From the IMG/VR virus record IMGVR_UViG_3300009702_000785, positions 69,120 to 133,119 of that record: 64,000 bases of DNA. One strand, 5' to 3'. This document shows, in pieces, positions 56,901 to 64,000 of the stretch. The notes below the pieces were generated by a model, which saw nothing but the letters and a program-made list of their open reading frames with translations, was not told where the DNA came from and did not search any database. The DNA comes from a virus. The position numbers were made by a program, and so were the translations under genes. The first letter of the stretch is position 1, and each line of letters begins with the position of its first letter.

Positions 56901-59198
56901 GTGAATACGATGATAGTTGGAACTGGTCATGAAGGTCGTATATACTCAATTAATCTAGAGACCAATGACAACCTGATTATATTCGACTCATCAGATACTG
57001 ACATCAACAATATTCATATCAAAGATTCAAAGATCGTTGCGTCGCAGGATAAAGCATTACTATACGCAGGCTCTAGTAATTCCACAACGATATATCGAAC
57101 TAACTTAGACTCGCTGGACTTTGTGAAGAGCTATAGCTCCTTCGGCAAAGACATTAATCTAATTGGCAGCCCAGAAAGTATAGTATTTGAATCAGATCAG
57201 TCCCAGCCTGTGGCTGGAAGTTCGACAATAGCAGCCATCGGTGATTCACTATTTAGGCATGTTGTTCCAGCTTGGGAATTCTTCTATAAGCACGATGAGG
57301 ATATTAACGATTTCACGCAGTACCAGACGAATGGAGTCGAAGGTATATGGATAGTATCTAATACTAAGGTTACAAAATGGACAGCAGCATTCACTGAGAA
57401 GACTGTTTACCTCAGATTACGCGACAATGCTGGCAATATCAGTGCCCCACCTGTCTTGTTTGACGAACAGGGTCAAGCGATTATTTGCCCAGACCTGGAT
57501 GCTAACCCACCTGTAACATGCTGCTCTGCGTACTCGATCAAGATTGAGGATTTGGCGGATTTCGTGAATGAAGGTCGCATCGTAGATGTGGATAGCACGG
57601 GCAACATTGACTACGCTTACGAATCACCAAACAATCGAGTTTTCTACTCGGCAGATCAGATCGACCAGGAGGTGGGGATTTATACCTCAGAGATATTGAA
57701 TGGCTTTAACGATTTTGTCTCGTGGAAATCAATTGAGTGGGATTCGGATGAACCTACTGGAACAAGTATAAATGTGCAAATAAGGACTGGAGTTACTGAA
57801 GATAATGTGGAAGATGCAGATTGGAGTGCTAACGTTGTTTTAGGGTCAGACGGGACAGCTTCTCTTGAACATATTACTGATCAATATTTACAGTTTAGAA
57901 CAATACTTACGAGCCAGGTCAGGGATTTGTCACCCACTCTAACCTCTGTAACGATAAGAAGCATTACTTCACAAGCTAGTCACTTCTTTACAACTAATTT
58001 TGTCTTGCCTAGCAGACCAATTAAAGGGGTTTTGACTGCAAATACGTATATACCAGTATCATCTGATATTGTATTCGGTGTAAATACCAAAGACAGCGTA
58101 GACTTTGGTGACTACCAGATTATTGAGGATAATAGACTATTTACAACAACTCAGGGGCAGTTTGGAAGCGACTTGCGAATCGGTGCTAAATTGCTATCAC
58201 CTGGATTACCGCAGCTACAGCCGACTAACAACCCTGGTGACCCGTATGATGCCTCATCGTTTATCTGTACGATTGAATTCGACTATGAGAATATTGGTCC
58301 TACAGATAAAAACTATGATTTCAGAGTTCGATTCTATAATGATCTATTTAGAACTCAGTTGGGACATACGTTCTTTTCTGGAAATGACCAGTCGGGGTGG
58401 TCATATAGTGGGGGAGCGGACGATGTTTTCCCATCTGATGGGTTACTTATTACATCCGGCTCTACCAGGTCTATAGAATTCGTGCCTATGGGCATTAGCC
58501 AAAATCAGAAGTGGTATATTACAGTTGAGGCCATATCAACCGACGTGGGTGCATATTATGAGTCGATATTGGATAATACCTCTTTCATCTGTGCTGCTTG
58601 CAACGTTGATTATATAGCAGGACTGACTGCTCGTTACTTCTGCGGCTTACCGGGTCCACTAGAAGAGATGCCCATATTCTCCAGCTTCACCCCATCACAT
58701 ATTGGGACGGAGCCTGTTATTAATTTTCCAGCACACAACGGCGGCTGGCGTAGCGGTGACCCATCGTTAGGTACTATGAACGATTGTTGGGATAATTTTG
58801 CCGCCAGATTCCAAGGTTCTATCTATTGTCCTGTTACGGGAGAGTACACGTTTGCAATTGAGTCTGACGACGGATCGAAGTTGTTTATCGACAATGAAAT
58901 TTTGATTGACAACGATCACTTACAACCGATGACTAAGCTTTATGGTGACCCAATACAACTAAATATGGGATGGCATACTATCGAAATACACTACTTTGAT
59001 TCGTCGTTTGATCAAGGTTTGATTCTGTACTGGACACCGCCTGGTGAGACTGAGACCATAGTTCCATCCGACAATTTGGCTCACCCAGTTGTAGATGAGT
59101 ATTGCGATCTTAACGTGCCGCAAATATTCAACTTCATTGTACAGTTTGAATTGGAAAATGGCGAAACCGTGCAACTCAACCTAACGCCGCCATCGTAG
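50916..59198 (+). CDS. Giant modular virion protein with Ig-like repeats, two lectin-like repeats, several beta-propellers and a C-terminal PA14 domain
   Basis: 2760 aa. PA14 motif DNFAARFQGSI...GEYTFAIESDDGSKLFID...GWHTIEIHYF...LYW at about 58615-59085; duplicated SW..VDN..GW...F...FGVYI.DG.R; regulator-propeller-like blades (WYVGTTNGV, WAGSDKGL). Confidence 0.85.
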   Translation: MVQIGNIKVNGLDAETSVPVVAPQPYITWTFEGDAGAPAQATYSIRIGSETDNWGNSLFNGTALSINVDGSENSYKYEGFQLSRGTTYYGQISATDIDEDAIVWTTFSFTINRLPFITGYSLSPDNPSSADHIDLIYTFQDADGHNQAGTLIRWFRNNLPMTAYDNLCTLPSSATNPSDYWNAKIIPSDGIEFGTMVETSTVTVGAVDSNITSAQILPPDANVDDILKVVYTVQDDEYFTFTGSVQVEWYINDTLYTTGDEHIRPQLSVGDSVYAIVKLLDGTSVISQRTSDALVIEDSVWHIDDLTISGLVDTENLTNLDPIIAWTAHKSTADASDVPTYFRLLITKTPSLDGPLYDTGITEYVKDSHAISDGILSRGQRYYVHIGASDISPIPDSSFVTKEIRMAGSSWAETVDNATGWTIEFKAGLALDKADGTPMSQQDIDTLDYTPNFGVYIHDGSRFCAITVGLREVTFLSDSAVTYTFGQRLSSTQITSASSGKTFRIAAQGNDIRIFMNNELIIEGSGTLTNPSLLKMIEYGDIDGKNENICLFKSFRYTTSGAYRLDDSLTDTDTYYFSRIGKLEGGSIEFVFGDFLSWTPTDATESSKLIKFDENNEVTRLATVSRNFSPITAIYIDESRNKFIGTANGVTQITGEKHDPDYEFLTDSLEIEISPEDFDRMSTVTSDKIAAVEPNYRQGWFTIDTTYRSLGAIETQSGFFSGDPYDPYKFALSSHAIHYYSQRTHGHSWYDNVDNEKGWQVSFGFDLESLEADDYEDQNLDKTGFGVYINDGTRQEVLYFYEDRIRLFYANVYVPISTANARDYVISGKGNNLLIYQKLQSNKSSSYSLIVNASGLFTTSASISGNSRKPAVAVDSSGMYHAVWHDDGNGRSQILHSSFDGQSWSNPETITESLQFSMKNPAITIDSLDRIWIAYEDTSWGQSEISVSVKDSGGWNPKTRITNARSNKGRPDIQVDTEDNVHLVWEDDRDGHYKIFWAQWNNARKAWESSGQAGDDDAIMQFNSTDEYQVDEAVEFKNPKLGLIYPYIYLVCEGHYQESQTSAIYRGFRDLVDKFWNTSGSIITDDGDFSGIGQPQRVSDPTRNAWNPSIATTPTSKQYVIAWEDRTEPVTHIYGVSYYYNGLPRAEVQPLTSYGTDCTNPSVGFVATQGVVAFERDNNIYTCSYNPLSNEFDSSYSGGTDTIIDTGTRSVSNPALPKLSSSSAFVMLYDYSLTRNDGTLASKEFPEYQLIGDATIDHTVIQTDVGAPGPTVYEYTYVTTTIGTDAVSKVDTKEFAFGDFAENVGMVAHWQDIKMYFGYDARPQSIVMYNGDTVQNWPDPRINDLFVDTFGNVVAATFGGLVYYNKGTGQLLQIEGHTSEYTGTCSSSSCLLMDVDADSGETRGILTTTVKWGGNGIWYVGTTNGVIVSQNAGKEWSTLDAVALGDSTIGSKIVNDIAVDKDGKAYIAAHEESATSGYIYISMPNTTTIEIAMDEVIKTIEVDENYIVWAGSDKGLWRVENARNKIKFDRSSGMKSADVNDITIVNKHLRYLSTANGVERMNGLTFSNLNVDTHNLVNNNVNTVLWDASTNSLWVGALYTLHEIVFRDEAHEIIDNETVHYDNSEISTKELYDKNIYYIIDPDVIEAENLTSESAAVFINRNPIDFGYVVSESSIFFLTDLLVSDQVEVEVSERFVEFHNFNQKSIEEEVLGSKRSIITKVNKTSQDQFIFLSGGDKNSVLLYSGETSLPFTTITLDTRPPEGCIEQLETLSRTKIRFRIFATDDLSGVNGFMLSNYPNFTSDGETPLDFQPAQSIYEHDIGEGINNVFDSLSIPSTVTIGPTTYDVGTGAALAPWFDERNSVTYLFMATSAPAVVFRYDPTTDEWTGIQVLETSDADRIVTGMKTLDNIVYLTTGSPATGAEGNIWRCSDGIAEQPFTKLGGTPSAQYARGITSGSDQTVYFGSSNGTIYQYNNNNLSILYHNIGDEVNDLDVFVNTMIVGTGHEGRIYSINLETNDNLIIFDSSDTDINNIHIKDSKIVASQDKALLYAGSSNSTTIYRTNLDSLDFVKSYSSFGKDINLIGSPESIVFESDQSQPVAGSSTIAAIGDSLFRHVVPAWEFFYKHDEDINDFTQYQTNGVEGIWIVSNTKVTKWTAAFTEKTVYLRLRDNAGNISAPPVLFDEQGQAIICPDLDANPPVTCCSAYSIKIEDLADFVNEGRIVDVDSTGNIDYAYESPNNRVFYSADQIDQEVGIYTSEILNGFNDFVSWKSIEWDSDEPTGTSINVQIRTGVTEDNVEDADWSANVVLGSDGTASLEHITDQYLQFRTILTSQVRDLSPTLTSVTIRSITSQASHFFTTNFVLPSRPIKGVLTANTYIPVSSDIVFGVNTKDSVDFGDYQIIEDNRLFTTTQGQFGSDLRIGAKLLSPGLPQLQPTNNPGDPYDASSFICTIEFDYENIGPTDKNYDFRVRFYNDLFRTQLGHTFFSGNDQSGWSYSGGADDVFPSDGLLITSGSTRSIEFVPMGISQNQKWYITVEAISTDVGAYYESILDNTSFICAACNVDYIAGLTARYFCGLPGPLEEMPIFSSFTPSHIGTEPVINFPAHNGGWRSGDPSLGTMNDCWDNFAARFQGSIYCPVTGEYTFAIESDDGSKLFIDNEILIDNDHLQPMTKLYGDPIQLNMGWHTIEIHYFDSSFDQGLILYWTPPGETETIVPSDNLAHPVVDEYCDLNVPQIFNFIVQFELENGETVQLNLTPPS

Positions 59199-59285
59199 GA
59201 TTTAATTTTGAAGTATTTTTGTACAAGACCTAATAACATTCAACAAGGGCGTGCTTGCCCACATTGCGAACGAAGGGAGGATTAA
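59199..59285 (+). pseudogene. Short remnant of a zinc-ribbon (homing-endonuclease-associated type) coding sequence
   Basis: In frame after the TAG the sequence reads DLILKYFCTRPNNIQQGRACPHCERRED*. F..RP.N...G..CP.C resembles the Zn-binding repeats of phage endonucleases. There is no ATG. Confidence 0.45.
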
Positions 59286-59288
59286 GGA

Positions 59289-62200
59289 ATGCCTATACAA
59301 ACTGAACATTATTTGTTAGAGGCATTCCTTTAACTTGATGGAGATGCCTATTCATCATTGGCAGACCGTCGCAGATTTTCTACCATCGATAACCAAATGT
59401 ATCGGGTGTCGGAGATCATAGGCGATGGCATCATCGACGGGTGGGAAATCGTACCTCAGACGTTTCCTAATGTAGTTGTAACTGCCGGTGGTGGACTGAT
59501 TGATGGTTATTACGTTAACACGTTTGATGACCAGGCATTCACTCTATCTGATAATGGAATTTTCTATTTATATTCTCAACGCAGAGTTGGTATCATTGGA
59601 TCAGAAGGACCAAAATCTGACATTGCATCCGTGACATATATAGATTCTGGGCCTCCATCTAATCCAACTGGTCTTACAATAGCATCGCCTATACCATCGA
59701 GTACTAGGTATAAATTTACAATACCTCTCCAGTGGACTGGGATTAGTGATATTGACTTCAGCCATTACCAAATTCAGAGAAATAAGGATGGCGGCGATTA
59801 CGAAATTGTGGATACCATAAGTTCAACTTATTACGAAGATGAGATTGATGAGAATGCAATATATAATTACAGGGTTTATGCCATAGACCAGAGTGGGAAC
59901 AAATCTTCAGGTTATACTGGTGGTATGATATCGGTTCCGCTGTCTGATAGTTTACCACCCAACCCAATAGAGGTTGAAATGTACCAATCTGAGGCAGCTA
60001 TCAACGTATTATGGAAGCGTCACCCTGCGGGTGATTTTTCGATCATAGATCATTGGTTAATAACCTATATTGAATTAGATACTGATTACTCCCCTGTTGC
60101 TTCAACCTCCCTATCATTTATTGTAAATAAAGTTCTGTATTACAACCGCATTGACGATCTAACGGTCGGTAAAACTTATCAGGTTACTTTGCAAGCAGTC
60201 GATAGTCAGGGCAGAGAATCGACGGGTGTGGTACGCAACATAATACCACAACCTTCACCTGCTCCACGAGACCCCGAGGGTGTGGCATATACTTTTGATG
60301 TAGGAGAATTCGGTGTAAAAGTTGATATGTCGTGGACTAGCGGTGACACACCGTATGATCCCGCCATAAGCTACCGATACAAAATATATCCACGTATAGG
60401 CGATCTGGAAGAAGCACAGTCTATTGATATCCCTCCAGGTCTTACCGAAGAGCAAATTTCGCTATATACTTTCAATGGCTCTGAGTACTTTTCAATACCA
60501 GAGAACACTCTAATAACTTTCAGAATTACTGCATTGGATGTTAACGGCTTTGAGAGTGCTGGAACATACGTTAGATTCGTCACCGCCCAATTCTCATTGC
60601 CTCTCTCTTTAGGAAATGTGCAAACAGACTTTGATCTGGACACAAGCAACTTGGTTGTGACGTGGACCAACCAGGCTGATACCGATGATGTCAATGTAAG
60701 AATAGTGGAGGAAGAGATCACTGAAGATGCATATGACGCTCCTGTGGAAGTGATTAACGAAAATATAGGGCGGTCAGAACGATACGTCTATGAAGATGCT
60801 GAGACAGACAAAAAGTACACGGTATACCTGACACCTATCAACTCTGATGATGTTGAGGGTAACCCGTCTGTTAGTGTTGAACTTTCATTAGGATCGGGTA
60901 ATTTGCCATTGCCTGACCCACCGAATAACATTGAGTCCAAGGCGGGCGACAAGCAGATTCTACTTACATGGGATCGTAGCGACACAGCTTATACGAATTA
61001 CTACAATCTATATCGCAAGGAAGGTGATGTTACATTCAATTCTGAGGACTGGACCTTACTAGATACTATACAGGAATCAGTTACCAGATTTACCGACTAT
61101 GGACTTGAGAACGACCAGCCATATTCATATTTCATAACGGCAACCGACATTTATGGTAGAGAGTCGGACAATCTAGGGGAAGGTGCAGTCAACCTTAACT
61201 TCACTACTGCGGTGCCCAGAGCAGAAGGTGCCCTGACGGAGCCAACAGGCGTCACTGTCACTATAATCGGTGATGATATCGAGATTACTTGGGATGCACT
61301 TCTAGAAGAGTTTGATTCATATACCATATACCGAACAATTGACAACCTGCATAGTTGGGAGGTTATCGCTCATGTGGACAAAGATACGTTCACCTATATG
61401 GATGCGAATATACCCCTTATTGATGGTACGGTATTCCATTATATTGTAGACAAAACAATCAACGATGCTGATATAGTAGTGCAAAGTTCGGATATAACCC
61501 CGCCGAATTCAGTCTGCATAGGCGAAATCACTTTGTCTTCTGGAGCATTTGGGATTCCAGATATAACGTGTCGTCGTGACATTGCAGATATGGCAGACCC
61601 CTTAGCAGAATATACATTCTCTTTCATATTAGACCATAAGCATAAAGGCTTAAGACCGCTCGATCCTGATCGTATTGACCTGAATGCTGAACTAATCATT
61701 ACGGACTGGTTCACAGTTGATGGTCGCATATGGTTTACTCGGGAAAACATACTAGGTGGCACTTATATAGTAAAAGTAGATGGAAGGTTCCCTAGAGTTT
61801 TCTTTGAGGTAGATGAAGTTACTGGAAGAATAATTTTTTCGGAAGCAATCAATACTAGCTCCACTATTGAAATGAGAATATTGGGTATAGAAGAAGTCCA
61901 GAATGTATTAGACGAATTTAGATTCGACAATATTCATGCCAAACAAGTGCAGTTTGGAGAATTAAATTTTGAGCAACTTCCTGAATTGAATCACGAGGGC
62001 AGAATACGGGAGTTAGTATTTCCTAAGAGGTATCTATTAGAGAGATACAATAATCATAACTTCATTGTACCACAGGGGAATAATGATTCCACCAAGACAT
62101 TTGGAGACGGCACAACATTCTATGCGACCATCGATAGTGATGGTAGGATCAAAGAAATTATAGATTTTGATACTTACGATGATGGTCTAGTAGTAGGGTT

Positions 62201-64000
62201 CCAGGCACCGTCTTACTCGTCAGATACAATCTTGAATCTGAAGCAAAGTACATCGGCTAACACCAATATAGAAAACGGAGATAATGTTGCTAATAACTAC
62301 ACATTTGCAAGTAGCACATTATTATGTTATACCTCATCAGCCGCCACAACCTTAAAGGCTTACAACTGGTCTACTGACACATTCCATACAATACGTGACA
62401 TGACCAGTGATTTAGCTTCCAGTCTGAGCAACAGACTGATAAACCTGGACTCTACACGTAAAAAAATGTACATTGGCGGCGATGTCTCAGGAGGCGTAGG
62501 GGATGTACATTCTGTTGACCCTGCAACCGGTCGTGTGCTATATACGACACAAGTTAGCAGTATATTAGGTACTGACATGAATCGGGTTATATACAACCGT
62601 GATGATGACCTATTCTATATAATTGACCAGTTCAACGAGATAAGATATTTTAGCGAGGCAACGAGTTGGGTGGCAACCTCATTAGGTAACCCTTTATTTA
62701 TCAATATAAGTCCTTCTTATGTTGATTCATCGCAAACCATAGATAACCTTGCATCATCTACGGATATCAACCCTGGACTGTTTTATGGTACAGCATCACC
62801 AAACAGCTTAATTCGTATGCGTATTAGCCTGACAGGGGCTCATACTTTTGATTCTATCTGTATGCCGATATTATATGCTATAAGAGCATCAGCATACGAC
62901 CATGACACCCCTGGATTGCTGATTTCAACATTTGGAGTAGACTTAGTACGTCTCACCAACTTTTCTGACCCTGGATTTTCTGGCACGTGTACAGAGACTA
63001 TTCTGACGACACCATCTGAATCTATAACAGGAATGCTACAAATATCTGGTTCTTGGTGGCTTGGCAATCCAGATACACTCAAAGTGGGTCATTTTGGTGG
63101 ACTGTCATCAAATTCTTATCTGCGATTTTCTATTGATGTCCCGTCAGAGCATACTATATCAACCTCTACCCTAAACCTAACTGGGTACGGTTCAATTGGA
63201 AGTTTCAGCGTTAGAGTTTCGGTTTTAGACCCATCAGAGTATGCCGATTCTATTGAAGCTAGTGATGATGCACTAGCCACGATATCGAATCTGGCATCCA
63301 TGATTATAACTCCCGCAGCTGTTGGTGATGGTGATCAGATACAGATTAAGGTTCATAGCCTAATGGAAGCGTTTATTGCCAGTGATGCGTATTATCCTGG
63401 TAGGCATGTTATTTTCAAGTTTGAGGCATTGTCTCCATCTCCAGTAAACTATCGTGAATATTATGGATACGGGACGAGTAGTGCTCCCGGCCTTGATATA
63501 TCCTATGTAGTTGATACTGCTGAAGTGAGTAGTAATCCAGGCGGATTCCAAAGTGAAAAAGCATACAGACTCCAATGGGAGTTTGAGGATAGCAAAGAAA
63601 CCAGATGGGTGCGTATATCAACAAGAGAAACTGCCCTTAAACCCAATCCTGTGATTGATTTGGTTAAACGTCTACGGTTCAGGATTAAACTTAACACCGG
63701 ATCAGTATATATGGGATTTGGGATCAGAGAGATAACACAAACAGGCTTGGAGACGGGGGAGAACGGCGGAATTGTTGGTCCGATTGAATGGGTAAATGTA
63801 GATGAGATACTTACAGACGATGCGGGAAATGTTACACCAAAGGGGTCAACACTTGTCACAGCAAGTGACGAGTGGCAGGAAATTGATATTGACCTACAAA
63901 AAGCCTCTACAATCAGTTTGTTAGATGGCAACGGAATCCTTGGAAGAGGTTTAGGAGTACTAGAGCATATCGCATTTACTATTAACCCCGACAATCCCCC
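59289..64000 (+). CDS. Giant virion protein (runs off the window) with FN3 repeats, a propeller and a DNRLRE-like domain; in-frame TAA at codon 15
   Basis: RBS-rich GGGAGG...AAGGA before ATG 59289. MPIQTEHYLLEAFL*LDGDAY... is then open to the window end (absent from the ORF track because it has no stop). FN3 motifs (YRVYAIDQSGN, YFITATDIYGRES) at about 59640-61460, and SYLRFSIDVP...YREYYGY....PGLDISY near 63110-63510. Confidence 0.8.

Larger units (their letters stand above)
1..64000 (+). mobile_element. Jumbo-type tailed phage genome segment, tail/virion structural gene cluster
   Basis: All long ORFs are on the + strand and are tightly packed or overlapping (ATGA/TAATG junctions). The region holds tape-measure-like and baseplate-hub-like genes, a free-standing homing endonuclease and giant modular structural proteins, and no cellular housekeeping genes. 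Confidence 0.85.

Noticed and set aside
980-63994. Numerous minus-strand ORFs and short alternative-frame plus-strand ORFs of 60-170 aa
   Set aside because: All lie within long plus-strand genes, lack recognisable motifs and look like codon-bias shadows.
1-64000. Genome-wide TAG-to-Gln (code 15) or TGA reassignment
   Set aside because: ORFs of thousands of codons contain no in-frame TAG or TGA. TAG at 2958 and 7141 is followed by an RBS and ATG, and TGA occurs in normal ATGA overlaps.
1-64000. CRISPR arrays, tRNA/rRNA genes, intrinsic terminators, inteins
   Set aside because: Intergenic gaps are under about 90 nt, and I recognised no such motifs by eye.

Overview
The window is a gene-dense, entirely plus-strand virion-structural region of a very large (jumbo-type) tailed phage. 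In order it contains the 3' part of a probable tape-measure gene, tail-tip/baseplate-hub-like genes, a truncated alpha/beta-hydrolase remnant, a free-standing LAGLIDADG homing endonuclease and a GT4 glycosyltransferase. A series of acidic giant adhesin-like proteins follows (about 4,900, 4,193, 2,760 and >1,500 aa), built from vWA, Cys-rich GACC, FN3-like, beta-propeller, DNRLRE/CBM96-like, cohesin-like, LamG-like and PA14 modules. Four observations stand out. (1) The 18046-32808 protein has a nested 'matryoshka' architecture: seven N-terminal half-domains, one complete core domain carrying a beta-propeller, then seven C-terminal half-domains. The only two Cys among the 14 halves fall in the mirror-matched pair. 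(2) Several structural genes have translation anomalies: an in-frame TAG at 31858 that a paralog shows is internal, an in-frame TAG at 2151, a CTT-TAA-CTT 'stop-hop'-like site at 59328-59336, and a probable ATT start at 12352. (3) A catalytically dead CCA-adding-enzyme-like domain sits at the N-terminus of the giant protein. (4) A two-gene unit (small partner + giant scaffold) is tandemly duplicated, and the copies carry different modules inserted in scaffold loops. All family assignments come from motifs recognised by eye; no searches were run. I saw no tRNA, rRNA or CRISPR array.
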